DNA of 64,000 nucleotides from Podarcis cretensis (Eukaryota): assembly GCA_951804945.1 (NCBI GenBank), contig OX638153.1, forward strand, positions 48,856,001 through 48,920,000, read 5' to 3'. Made by a program: the position numbers and the translations under genes. A model generated the notes under the pieces. That model was not told where the DNA came from. It searched no databases and saw nothing but the letters and a program-made list of their open reading frames with translations. Shown here piece by piece: positions 24,246 through 37,245 of the stretch; positions within the stretch are counted from its first letter, which is position 1; each line of letters starts with the position of its first letter.

Positions 24246-25717
24246 GCAAGTTTGCTCTTACAATGAGAGGTACAAGTGGCAGGTAGTGCAAGAATCCTGA
24301 GACATCAGTGCTGCTGGCCATGCTTAGGACCTTTATTTCCTACCAAAGTTCATGGGAGTTGAATTGGGAGGCATTGGAATCAACAGCACCCAAGAAGCCC
24401 AGCAGCAAGGGACACTTCTGAGCAAACATGTTCAGGTATTCAGTCTACGCCTTACTAAGCTCCATTTGTTGACAGTCAGGCTTCCTTGCCACTGTCTCTC
24501 CCCAACTTTGCAAGGGTATGCTTGCTTTCGAAGGACGAGAGTGGCAGAGAAAGTTGGGTTCAGAGAAGCCTTGGAAAGAACCTGAGTCTTATGGAGAGTT
24601 CTCTGAAAAATCTTGCAGGAAATAAGGTCATCCTAGGGCAAGTCCAGAAGTGCTTTTCCATGCTAGTTAGCAAGGCATCACAAATCAGATCAGGGCCCCC
24701 CTCGGCTTCTGAGCTTTTAATCAAAGGTAATTATTTCCCCAAGGCATTCCAATCACAGCAGTCTAGGGGAGTGATGGACATTTTTGAAGTGGATCTATGC
24801 CTTCCCCTGTGCAAGTCAATGGAGAAATCTCAATTGTATCCCTGAAAATTTGTAGGGGCTGAAACCTTTCCTCATCACTACCTCAGGATAAGAGGATCTT
24901 TGCTAGGACAGTGACATTTTCTCCATCCTGGTCTTTCCTGGGCATTTATGTGACTGCCCCTCCTCCAACAATTCCTATTGCACATACTCCCAAACGGTAA
25001 GTTCAGCCCTTGCAAGAAAACTAATGCAGCTGTCATTCTGAAATTGGTCGTTTCATCCCATCAGTAGGGGTGACTATGCCTGAAAATCTAAATACTGCTT
25101 TTGTAAGGAAATAAAGATGAATGCTCAAACAATATGTCATCTGGAAAAGCCCCTTGAAGAACTGGGTGCTATTTCTTTTCTTTTTTAAAAAAATACCATT
25201 ACATTCTCCCCCTCCTAAATTTCTTGCTTTACTGACTTTACTGAGTCCCAGTTTTCCCAAATGGAAAAGGTCATTGTACAATGACTACATGTGGAGTAAT
25301 AAGCCTCTCTTGCATGCATAGCCCTTTTCAGTAGTCAAATTGATGATTTTTGTATCAGAAGATGCAATGTAAATAAGATATGCAGCAGCTTGCAGAATAA
25401 AGCTAACAATAGCTATGTGAGTAAATTTTCCATGTGGGCTATCATCTTTGGCTCTTAAATTAAAGTTTGGACAGATTTATAAGGATAGAGTTAACTGACA
25501 CCACCACCACCCCTTACTGCTGTAGAAAAACACTGTTGATTGCTCTAAACAGGATGTTCAACCAGTTCTGGTTTTAGTAGTGCTTAAGCATACTCACATT
25601 ACTGCTGTTGTCAGGAATGCAGGCATCTTTAATTGACATTGGATTGCAAATGTTTTGTTGCTGGGATTCAGGAGAAGTTCCCTTGTTTCACTGTGGTTGC
25701 TGTGCAAACTTGAAATG

Positions 25718-26545
25718 TGTCAGGGGTTCGGGAGCAGAGGCACAGGGGAGAGAGGAGGCGGAGAGCGAAGGGGAACAATCCGAGGGCAGCGTAGGAGAAT
25801 ATGACAGTGGGCCGAGAGATTCCATGAGCTTCTCCAGCGATTCGGAAGATTCCCAGAAGGGGGCACCGATGGCCAGGGCAAGGGGGGTCCCGGGAGGGAC
25901 GCACCAGAAGCAAGGGGCCAGCGGCGACTCCCAAAGCAGCAGCTGGAGATCGGGACCAGCTTCCCCACCAGAGCGTAGCGGGGGGGGGGGGAAGAGTCCC
26001 ACGTGTCAGGGCCGGCTTCCCCTCCATTGGGGAGAGAAGATGAGTCAGGGCTGACCACGCCCCTATCGCTGAGTGAGGGAACGGGGGGGAAGTCAGACCC
26101 AGCTAGCCCCCCCGAAGGGGGAAGCAGTGACAGGAGCAGTGTAACGGTCAGGAGGAAGGTTGCCGGCTGGGTGCGCGCGCCAAGTTCAAATGTACAGACG
26201 CGCGGGACAGCAGGGAGCTCGGATTGGGAGCCAGGTCCTAAAGCACGCCGGAAGCAGGGGGAAGAATCCGGGGAATCAGCATCAGAAGAGTCCAGAAAGG
26301 GCGACACCCCAGCGGGCAGAAGGACCCAGAGGAGAAAGGAGCAAAGGAGGAGGTGGAGCAAGGCTAGGGTCTTGAACTGGTGTCGAGGGGGAGGAGATTC
26401 AGATGGAGCTTCAGCGGTCTAGGGTTGGGACGTAGAGCTGCACGCCGCGGCTTTGAAATGGAAACTGAACCTTAATAAAGACTTTTGTATATAGCAAGAA
26501 CTGGCGTTGGTCCTTTGTGAGCTGGGACCTTGGGCAGCTCTGACA
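25718..26545 (+). mobile_element. Solo LTR (828 bp) of an LTR retrotransposon or ERV
   Basis: TGTCAG...CTGACA termini; 5-bp TSD AAATG (25713-25717 and 26546-26550); AATAAA at 26474-26479; homologous to 17847-18591. Confidence 0.9.
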
Positions 26546-29500
26546 AAATGGAAGATAGTATTAAAAGAAAGAAAGAATACAAGGTGAAATGGCTGCTCTG
26601 GAGATTGTGAGCACTGGGGTAACGTCATCTTTATTCAGTACTCATGATTGCCACAGGTGCATTATATAATTTTGCAAAAAGAAAAAGAAAATATTCCAAC
26701 GACTGCAGGCCAAAGGAAACAAATCAGGATGAAGAAAACTGCACAAAGAAAAAGGGAAAGTGTGGTATTCCAAATAGGAATGGTCACAGATGAACAGGCT
26801 GTGATATTGGACCAGTCTGAACATGTATGCTCATGAAGTGATTCTCATGGTCAAATCAACACTGGATCATACACTACATGTTCATCGGAGTCAGTTCACA
26901 CATTCAGCTGCAATACATCAAGGATTCAGTAGCCAGGTCAAGGTTAGCCAACATGGCACCCTCTGGATGCTGCTGGAACACAACTCCCACCATCCCTGAT
27001 CCACTGGTCATGCTAGCTGGGCTGGATGGGAGATATAGTTCAACATCATATGGGGGGTTCCACATTGGCTTTCCCTGAGTTAAGTGGCATGTCTTTTGGG
27101 CAACTGCACAACCCATGTTTTGATTGCTCCCCTCCTTGGCCACTTCCATCTGATCTTACCTGCATTGGCTTATGCACAGGTCCCTTTGGAGTGAAACATC
27201 CCTATGCGAATGTCTGGTTGCATCAGAGGCAAGTCACACCTCCTGCTTCCCACCACACATAAAGGAGAATTCAGACCCAATATGAGGCAAAAATACAATG
27301 ACTTATTGGAATAGAAAATGAAATTATTGTATAAAAGCTTCAAAATTTTTCCTCCCCATCTTGGCTCATGAGAATTAAAAACATGAGAATCAATTCAAGT
27401 TTTCCTAACGTTACATAGAATAGCAACAAGGATTGCATCCAATAAGTACATTTCCCTGTCGTCTGAGACAGCACTTCTCCCAAGGGACATAAAATCCCAA
27501 CTTAATTTGCTGATGCAGTTTCATTAACATCAGAATGATTCACAAATCCAAAATCAATATACATATGTTAGTGGAACCTGCCTATTCTGTGAAGCAATTT
27601 CTTCCACTAATCTGCTCATAAACACTGGGGATTTGACTCGGTCATTACTGTTCACCTAAGTGTGAAACAGCTCTGCTGGGATATGTGAAATGATCTGTAC
27701 CATTGTATGCTTCTTTCTGTAAAATGATATCATTACTCTGGATTTACGTTGACATAAACTGAAAGTAACTCACGGCCCTCTTTCTATTGTATTTGTCCCT
27801 TTCCCCCTCCATATTAACACACATTTGCTTTGCTAAATCAAGCAGCTGATGGAAGTATACAGAGTTCTATAGACAGGGTTCAGAATGCAATCTTTGTATC
27901 ATGAAGTGTATCTGTATAGAATGGTAACAAGAAGCTTTTATGAATAAAACAAAGGCAATTAAAGCTGATACAACAGGGGGATATGGGAATGAACAAAAAC
28001 TGCGATAGAAGTATTATAATCTTGTCTGTTTGATGGATGTGTATCTAAATGGACTAGACATGCTTAGCTTTTATTATTGCCCAGTTTCTTTAAAGTCAAT
28101 GAGAGTGTCATTTCTCTTTGGTCATAAGCAGTGACCTTTATAACTCTGCCAAGTGCTGGAGATAGAGGTTTTTAGTATATGAACTTCTGCCACAGGAGTA
28201 GTTACCATCCTCGAGCCATGGATAGATCAAGGCCAGAGTGAATTATAGCATTCTGCCTAATTCTGGGGTTTTTGTGTGTGATGATACACAGGCTCCCATT
28301 AATGCCTTAGGAACATAGGAACACAGGAAGCTGCTCTATACTGAGTCTGACCACTAGGCCATGTAGTTCAGTATTGTCTACAGTATTTGTCAGTAATTTC
28401 ATACGTCTAGTGGAGGGAACTGGAAACTAAGGTTGTGGGGTGAAATGACAAAGCTTCTAAAAATGTGCAAGCAATTATACACACCACTTGACCACCTCTT
28501 CATTATATTAAGGAATGAAAAAGCAAGCGAATGCTGCCCCCCCCCACAAAAAACCATTTGGCAGAAATTTGGTAGGCTTAATCCACTCTGAAGAGACTCC
28601 TGTGCCTGCAAATTTTAAACAATTTGGCCAAAAAGGGGAAAAGTTAGGGCTATTTCTAGATTTCACTTTGTAGTGAATTGGGCAACACAGAGCTTCATTT
28701 TATATAGAATGGCTCAGGAACAGAATAGCAGATCAAAGTGGAGAATGTGGGAGGGGGGTTATTGGTTTGTTTTTCTTCTTGTTTTTATCATGTATTTTGT
28801 GTTCTAATTTTGTATTTTTTTGTTGTGAACCATCCTGTAATCTTCAGATGAAGGACAGTATATAAAATAATAAATAAATAAATAAATAGGATTTTGTTTA
28901 TTTAAAAAATTGCTCCTCACATACAGATATAAGGTGCCATACGCACCCCTACATCTGCATTACTGAGAGACAAAGGGAGTAAGCTAAAAGGCATGTACTC
29001 TTCTTTGCTGTGGGTAAAGCTTTACTGTACTGTGTACCAATATATATTTGCCAGAATTCACAAAATGCTCATTTTCTTCTGTCTGAAAGAATTTTGTGCA
29101 GTATAGAAATTTTTGGACTCCAAGCCACTAACAGCAATGAATTCAATTAAAACTTTCGTCTGAGTTTCTGGACCACCTTGATTGATTGATTATTTATTTA
29201 TTGCTGCTGTTGCTGTTGGTTGGATATTTATTGTTTGATGTGAGCCACTTTGAAACTTTGGTTTGAAGTAAAATATAAAATAACAAGAGTAATGACATAT
29301 GACCAGTGGATCTGGTGATGTTTGAAAGAGTGAATGTTATGATTCCAGAGTACAATTAGGTTCCTATTGTTGTTAGCCATGATGAAATTACCCTTCCAAA
29401 GTTTTAGTTATTAACCAGTTTGGAGACAATGTTAAAAGTCATGGAAAAACCTTATACTATTATCCATCCTATGGGAGTACTGAGGTGAGGGGTGGGAAGT

Positions 29501-29657
29501 ATCTTTAGTTACTTATTAAAACATAGTTTCTATAATAACAATATAACAATTCCAACTAAGGGGGTGCTTTAAAGTAGCTGTGGACAGGTGATTCAGCATA
29601 TATTTGTCGGAACCTCTCTTGGAAGCATGGAACATTCTGAACTAGCTCACTGGTTGT

Positions 29658-29678
29658 TTCAGCACCATGGAGAGCACC
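29658..29678 (+). promoter_or_regulatory. RE1/NRSE (REST-binding) element upstream of PRLHR
   Basis: TTCAGCACCATGGAGAGCACC versus consensus TTCAGCACCACGGACAGCGCC (18/21, canonical 2-nt spacer). Mammalian GPR10 is a known REST target. Confidence 0.8.
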
Positions 29679-32410
29679 CACAGCTTGTGCATCCTGAATC
29701 TGTCAATGCGGGATTTGACAAAGCAGAGACACTGACTTACCTCTCCATTGTACTATCAGCTCTAATGCCTCTATGATATTTCTACCTTCTCTGAAAACTG
29801 GCAGATAAAAACGAGTTCCCTAAAGCATGTGTGCTTAGTAACCCTCAGTATATGAAATGTTTTAAGGATTCTAATTAAATATTTCTAAATAGTTTTAGGT
29901 CTTTCAGTACCCAGAATCATGCATTTGGGGATGGGGGATAGATGAGAGAATACACTGAGGATTAATTAATATAGAAATTCTATTACATGCATATATTTCC
30001 CCCCAAGAAAATGAAGTATTGGAATAAAACGTGAGAGATTGCTGAAATCAAGAGGTATTGCAGTGGGGGAAAGAGTCTCAGCGCTCCAGCCAATGAACTC
30101 TTACCATTTGAAAAGTAAACAGAAAAGGGGGAGGGGAATGACATGATATGCCAGCAAAATCAACCTCTGTCCCTTTAAACTCTTGCTCATCAAACAGTTT
30201 GGCTGGTTTCACAAGCCAGGCAAAGCATATTGACTCGGGAAGACAGTGATACCAGTTCCTGGACTGCCTCTTCTTTGCAGTGAATAAGACAGCTTACCCA
30301 AGCAAAGGTAGGGTAAAAGATGTAGAAGCTGTGAATCCCACTTAGTTGATTTCTTCTGCTGACTAGTAGTAAGTGCATATTATTATTGCCTGTTTCTCAG
30401 CATCAGTTGCATGCAGCTTATTGTGTATGGTGCTCTTGCTCAGAGGCACTGAGATCTTGTTCAGCTCTTTTTGAACAGAGAGGCATATATAAGTGATCAA
30501 TAAATATCCCCTTAGTTCATGAGCTTCTCTAAACCTGCATTCACTTGTGTTGCTCTTGTAATCAACAGTGTGTTCTCTTTATCTAATTACCTCATTGTCT
30601 CTGCAATCCCCAGTAAAAACTTAAATTATATTATCACCACCTTTCCCCACATTTCTCCTCTGAGAGACAAATGTCCCCCCTCCCATAATTTCAGCTGTCT
30701 GTTAAATGCATGTGCCTCAGAAGGTGGAGGTTGCACTTCTGCTTGTAGAAGAGCTATCACAATTTTGGAGGGCTGTTTATTTATATATATATTTTACCCA
30801 AAGTGTTCATCTTATTTCACTTTGAGGGATATGGAGACTTGGGTAGGGTGATGAGAAGTGGACTCCAGAATGTGTGAAGGACCAGCTTAAAAAAGAATGA
30901 TGAGGGAAGACGTGTCCAGTGGTTAGTCCCACAGAACCTGTATGGATTATATCTGGTGTGATACAGACTGTGTAGGACTCCCTGATGTACGAAGAGTTCA
31001 GTCTGAACTTCCTCATTCTCTCTGATGAGAAAGAAAACTACACAAATACAAGGTATTTCCATGCAAGTTTTTATTAGTGGGATCACTTCAGCTCATGTAA
31101 GCAACCACACAACTCTGCAGGCATAAAAATGCCAACCCATATTTCCCCCTATTTATTCCAGATTTATCCTTTCTGCAGAACAGCCAATCAATTTTAAAAA
31201 CAGACAAACCCTTCTTGCCAATCACCTGTTTTTGATATCTGATTAACTCATTTGCAATATTGAGCCCTAGTCAAAAACCAACTATTTTCAAATAGGCAGC
31301 CTCATCATTCTTCCTGCAAGGCATTTCAGACTTCCCCCCATCACTTATTGGACATTAGGAACATGGCGTGAGTTCTCTCTACTAGGGAAAGAACATGTAT
31401 CAGGCATGCACATGCCAATCAGAAATATCGTCACAGTCCAGTTTAATTCCTAATCAGTTCTGTCTGGAAGTTCTGTAGTGTATTCAAACAGCTTTTTGCA
31501 TGATAGTGCTTTATGTACTGGAGGTGATTAAATTATTTTCTCCCCAGCAGTGAAGAATTTACAGGATTTGGCTTGGCAGGCATGGAGGTTTGGCACATTT
31601 TTCATCAGTCCATTTTGTAGATGGCTCAGCCAGAAGGTGCGTAATGATTAGCAGCAGTTGCAAAGAGACCTGTCTTGGGGAAGGTGACCTCAGTGCCCAT
31701 GGTTTCAGAATCTGTAGCTAAAGTCTATTAGCTATTTTTCCAGATAGTCCAGCATTTCATCAACTAGAAGAAAGACAGCTGGTGAAGTTGCAGAAGATAT
31801 CTGTGTGGAGATTCCAGAGGCAAAAAGATCCAGCAAGAGGAGGGTAACTGAAATTGTATTCTAAATTCCACCTCCACCTAATGTGAGCCAGTTTCTTGGG
31901 CCTAGTTATTTGTCCCCGATTTCCTTCTAATCTTGTCCACCCACCCTGTCTTCTACATTATCAGTTTTGGGCCCAAAATAATTGAATATATAGCAAGGAA
32001 AGGGGAGATGATTGTGCCTGCCACATCTAATACAGCAACTGCATTTTTTGTGTGACTCTCATGCCTTCCCTCATTTTAAATAAAGTTTGTAGCTCCTAGG
32101 GATCTATAGAAATCCTTTGAAATATGTGGGTGTTTGCTTGCTAAAGGCTCAGAAATCAGAGGATGAAAAATGTTTTATTATGCTGAAATGTGCATGCTGT
32201 TTTTCATCTTTTTCCAAAGCCTAGAATTTTTATAGCCTCTTTTATATGGAAAAGCGTATTCACCCAGGGTTCTTCATATCCCTTCCCCTTCTGCTCTCCC
32301 TTGTTCCTGACAAAAAATGGCAATAATCAAATGACAAAATTAAATCAATTTCTATACATTTCTCCCTATTACATTAATATTAATGACATTATTGAGGTTG
32401 TAAATATAGA

Positions 32411-32445
32411 TGTACTATTTTGAATTACAGATGGTCTTTAACTAA
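32411..32445 (+). promoter_or_regulatory. Putative 5'UTR splice acceptor of PRLHR followed by a 4-codon uORF
   Basis: tattttgaattacag|ATG GTC TTT AAC TAA (32431-32445), ending 11 nt before the main ATG. Confidence 0.5.
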
Positions 32446-32456
32446 AGACTGTAACA

Positions 32457-33560
32457 ATGGGTACAGAGAACTCACTAATATCTATGGTTTATCATCCTGC
32501 AGGCCAAATGTCTGAGCTCTTTGAAGGTTCGGGTACCATTCCAACCAACTTCACTCCCGTGGCTTACAACATTGCTATGAATGGGACCTTGATGGTTTTC
32601 CATGGTTTGCAGCTAGTGCAACGGTTGAAGCTGTTGATCATTCTGATGTACACAGGTGTGGTCATTATTGGGATGGTAGGCAACTGCCTTCTGGTTCATG
32701 TCATACTGCGTGTGAAGAAGATGCACAATGTCACCAACTTCCTCATTGGGAACTTGGCCCTTTCGGATGTGGCCATGTGCACAACCTGTGTCCCCCTGAC
32801 TCTCGCCTACATTTTCGAGCCACGCGGCTGGATATTTGGCAGTGCAATGTGCTACTTTGTCTACTTCATGCAGCCGGTCACAGTCTATATCTCCATCTTC
32901 ACCTTGGCCACCATCGCCGTCGACCGGTACATAGTCATCATGCACCCCCTGCGACGCCGGATCTCTCTGCAGCTCAGTGCGTACATGGTCCTCTTCATCT
33001 GGATTCTCTCTTGCTGCTTGGCGTTACCAGCCATGGCCCACACCTATTATGTGGAGCTGCATCAACAGGGTGTCATCCTGTGCGAGGAATTCTGGGGGGA
33101 GCAAGAGCGCCAGCGACAAGCCTATGCGTTGTGCCTGCTGCTGATCACTTACCTCTTCCCCTTGCTAGCCATTCTGATCTCTTACTTCAAGATCTTTCTC
33201 AAGCTGAAGAACAGGGTTGTGCCAGGGTGTGTTACTCAGACTCAGGCAGACTGGGACAGAGCCAGGCGGAAGAGGACATTCTGCCTGCTGGTCATGGTAG
33301 TAGTGGTGTTTGGGGTGTGCTGGCTTCCTCTCCACACTTTCAATCTCATCCGGGACATTAACATAAATGCAATTGATCCTTATTATTTCAGCCTGGTCCA
33401 GCTGGTTTGCCATTGGTTTGCCATGAGTTCAGCATGCTACAACCCCTTCATATATGCCTGGCTCCATGATAGCTTTAGAGAAGAGCTTAAGAAATTAGTG
33501 GTCTGGCATAGAAAAGTAGCTCCTTCTGGGCAAAGTGTAACTGTAAGTGTTGTGATCTGA
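32457..33560 (+). CDS. PRLHR: Prolactin-releasing peptide receptor (GPR10), mammalian-type PRLHR; 367 aa class A GPCR with one coding exon
   Basis: Seven hydrophobic segments; GN in TM1, NLALSD in TM2, DRY, CEEFW, CWLP, NPFIY. PRLHR signatures [47 protein letters not shown] and the C-terminal PDZ ligand VSVVI match human PRLHR as I recall it. N-glycosylation sequons NFT and NGT. Confidence 0.95.
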   Translation: MGTENSLISMVYHPAGQMSELFEGSGTIPTNFTPVAYNIAMNGTLMVFHGLQLVQRLKLLIILMYTGVVIIGMVGNCLLVHVILRVKKMHNVTNFLIGNLALSDVAMCTTCVPLTLAYIFEPRGWIFGSAMCYFVYFMQPVTVYISIFTLATIAVDRYIVIMHPLRRRISLQLSAYMVLFIWILSCCLALPAMAHTYYVELHQQGVILCEEFWGEQERQRQAYALCLLLITYLFPLLAILISYFKIFLKLKNRVVPGCVTQTQADWDRARRKRTFCLLVMVVVVFGVCWLPLHTFNLIRDININAIDPYYFSLVQLVCHWFAMSSACYNPFIYAWLHDSFREELKKLVVWHRKVAPSGQSVTVSVVI

Positions 33561-36500
33561 TCACTTCTCCTACAGCTGATTTTGCAGCTGATCTTGGGTC
33601 TATCATCCCGAGCCTCTAAGGTCTAGGTGCAAAATAAAAGTTTCAAATAACAGCACGCTGTATGCTGGCAAAATCCATGACTCCATGCAATGTGACATGT
33701 GTTGGTATCCAACTCCTATCAGCCCCTGCCAGCAAGGCTAATGATCAGAGGTAATGGAGGCTGGAGAGCTAGAGGGCACCATGTTGGCTGCCACTGATGT
33801 AAAGTAAATTCATAGCGTACTCTGCAGATGGATGGATTGGGGAGAAAGGAACACTGAAAGGGGGAGAATAGAAATTAAGAGTTGGCTTTTTTAAAAACAA
33901 CAAGAACATTGCACCTTAAATCAGTATCAGTGAAAGTGTGTGGGTGTAGGAATTTCACTTCTTGCTTTGTCACGGTGTAGCAAAACATTGTTTATAAGGG
34001 ATGTGAATGTCATTGATATCTAGTTTATGCATGTATATCTAGTTCTGCATGTATAATACATAGCTTATAACTAATTATGACAATGGAGTCGTATTCAGAC
34101 TGCAGGGAAATGCCAGCATTTCAAGCTACACTTGCAGAGGTTTCTGCACTTTATACTGTTTTCATGATTTGCGATTGCCTGGAGATATTAAATGCTGAAT
34201 TCTGTCTCTCACGCTTATCAAATTTGCACATCAGATCTGAGCAGCGTAGACATGGTTTACTGAACATTAGACTTCAAGCAAGACTCTCTTGATCACATTA
34301 TCTTGGAATACACATGTTGTTTGTGTGATTGTGAAATAAAAAGGACAATGGTGGTGATTTCTACCTGATAAAATGACACCTTATTGAAACACATACCAGA
34401 AGTTAAACTGGATGTTTACATGAACTTTAAGATGACATAGAAGACCAGGACAGAATGTGATACAAGACCTGCATCCAGGTCTCATTGTCAGATATATATT
34501 TGAACAGTGAGAAATCAACTGGATTTGCATTGAGTGATAATAGATTTCAGTGTGACAAGTGCCAGAAAAGCAAGTTTCTCTTACCCTTGCACTCTACATT
34601 AAAACAAAACACCCTTTTGATTTCTAAGAGTGTGCAAATTTTATTAGAAATTTGCCATAAGCCAAGAGAAAAGTGCCCTCTGGCAGAGGTGTCTGTATGA
34701 TTTTGTTAACAAACATGCAAATAACCTCAGGGCATGCATGACATACAGTTATGGGAAGACATACTTCTCTTACAGTTCAGAAAGTAATGCATATTCTTAA
34801 CTGCTTTCTGGATTACTGAGTTACTATTAAGCACTGGCAATGTTCCCTGTGAATGGTAGACACTTTCAATAGACGTTAATGACATTTGGTGCTGTATCTA
34901 AGGCAGAGATGGGGAATATTTGGCCCTATAGATGTTGCTGCTGCCTAACTCAGCAGTCCCAGCCAGCATGAACAATGATCAAGGATTTGTTTTTGGTGGG
35001 GTGGGGGTGGTACTCCAACCTTGATCTAAGGTGTTGCTAAGGTGAAGTATTATTGGATGGGCAAGAATGGGAATTTAATATTTCATATTAAATTAGTATG
35101 GTTATGAAACATACTCTAGGCTATCCTCAATCAGGGTCATTTATTATAGCAGGACCTTTGAGATGTGAATCACAGATCTCCCATGTCAGGTCAAGTAGTC
35201 CTCTCAACATTTTCATACCCACAAACCACTTCTGTGGCTGCTAAATTCGTTATCAAATCACTGGTTATTGAATTATTATGTCAGGCAAACTCTTGACATC
35301 AGCCTGAACCCTCTTGGATGTGGGAGCTTGTTACGCAGGTGGATAAGAGGGGGAATTGGTTTTGCTGGGATAGGGAAGTGGATTTTAAAGCTAACACAAC
35401 TCTATCCCCAAGGTTCTCTCTCACTCTGGTTCATTTTCTCCATGAGTTTATAGAACAGTCATTATAATCCTTAGTAAAACCTTTCCCCCAGTCTTCTTTG
35501 TTTCAAACTCCTATTATAGGATTTTTTAAAAGGGGAAATATTTAGAGCTGGCTTTTAAGTCTTACCACAAGGCACACAGGAAAGGCAGGCTTTTTGTAGC
35601 CTAATTGTGATAAAGGAAAGAAGAGCAGCTTCATCAGATTGGGCCGTGTTTAGGGGGCACAGAAGCTGAAAAAAGCCAAAGGTATTCCCATGTTTTGCTC
35701 TTCCCTGGTGGAAATCATGTCTATCTGGGTTCAGCTACTTGTGAGAAACAGACAACACTTTAAAACGACACTGGCAACATCAACAAAACTTTCCCTCAGA
35801 CATTCATGGATAAGTGGATAGGTGTGCCCTTAATGCATAGGCTCTATGCCATGAATAAATGCCTCAGTTGGAAGCAGTAAGATTTCTGAATACCAGTTGC
35901 TGTAACCCACAGAAAGGGAGACTGCTCTTATACTTTCTCACAGGCATCTGGTTGGCCACTGGGAGAACAGGATGCTGGACTAGATGGGTCACTGACATGA
36001 CCTAGCAGGCTCTCCTTCTCTTCTTATGTTGACATGGAGAATGGACACTTCCTTCCTGAACCTCCTGAGGACTGCTGGGCTCACTCACTCAAAGGAGCAA
36101 GGGGTTGTGATAGACATGGGTTGTCCTCCTGTGAGACATGTGCAGCTATGAGGAGCCCAAACTAGTTCTTAAACTGATCCTGGAATCCCAGCGAGGATGA
36201 GTTTCTCTTTTAGCTGGAGGTCAGTGGTGGCAGAGCATTTGCTGCCTCAGACTAAGAGTGTATGCCTGCAGTAACCATTTTAGCTCTTGTGCATGCTACC
36301 TTTCTCTCTGCTGCAAGTCTTTACTATCAGTAATGTTGTGGCCCTCACTGGAACCGAGGCCTGGAGGGGTGTCTCTTTATTCTTTGGTGTCCAGGAAACA
36401 TTGGAAATGAGTGAGTCACCCACTTATCCTGGATTTAGCAAGCCCTTTCTGATAGCCTGAATGAAAAGTGCAAACCACACTTAGCACATGTCTGGGATGG

Positions 36501-36826
36501 AGAAAGTGGCCTGTCTTCCTGTTACAAAATGAAATATTGATTTTTAAATCCTGATGAATAGCACACATCTCTGTTCCATGGTGTTAAAAGCAAAGAAAAC
36601 CTTCAAATCACACTGGATATCACAGCAGGTGGTTGGGAAGATGTGATGCCTCTCTGCATTTTTGTGAATATCAGCCTTCCAGCCTTTTCCTTCAGGCAGG
36701 CTGACATGCAAAGCCATGAGCAAATACAGGGGAAATTGAAGGCACAAGGTCTTTGGCATACTGTAAAGGTCAGTATAAGAGGCTCACAAAAGGGAGGCAG
36801 GAGTTGACTATAATAGCCCATAGTTC

Positions 36827-37245
36827 CTCTCCTGCGTGTGAGTGTCTGAGGGCCCTGCTCCTTCCTGCCACTCACCATCTGGCCTGGGGTGGGGCCTGAA
36901 GCCTCATAAGGACTGCTGCGCTCTGCTGCCCAGGAGGACTCTCCTGTATGTGAGTGTCTGAGGGCCCTGCTCCTTCCTGCCACTCACCATCTGGCCTGGG
37001 GTGGGGCCTGAAGCCTCACAGGGACTGCTGCGCTCTGCTGCCCAGGAGGACTCTCCTGCGTGTGAGTGTCTGAGGGCCCTGCTCCTTCCTGCCACTCACC
37101 ATCTGGCCTGGGGCGGGGCCTGAAGCCTCATAAGGACTGCTGCACTCCGCTGCCCAGGAGGACTCTCCTGTGTGAGTGTCTGGGGGCCCTGCTCCTTCCT
37201 GCCACTTACCACCTGGCCCAGGGCAGGGCCTGACGGGCCTCACTA
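36827..37245 (+). repeat. 112-bp tandem repeat, ~3.7 units, at the LINE 5' end
   Basis: Units start with ctctcctg at 36827, 36939, 37051 and 37163. Confidence 0.9.

Noticed and set aside
25720-26361. Antisense ORFs in the LTRs (also 18019-18594)
   Set aside because: They start at TTG and are best explained as shadows of the GC-rich sense frame.
32613-33413. Alternative-frame and antisense ORFs within the GPCR genes
   Set aside because: Expected by-products of high GC3 coding sequence.
36827-37245. CRISPR-like array
   Set aside because: Contiguous tandem units with no unique spacers, in a eukaryotic context.
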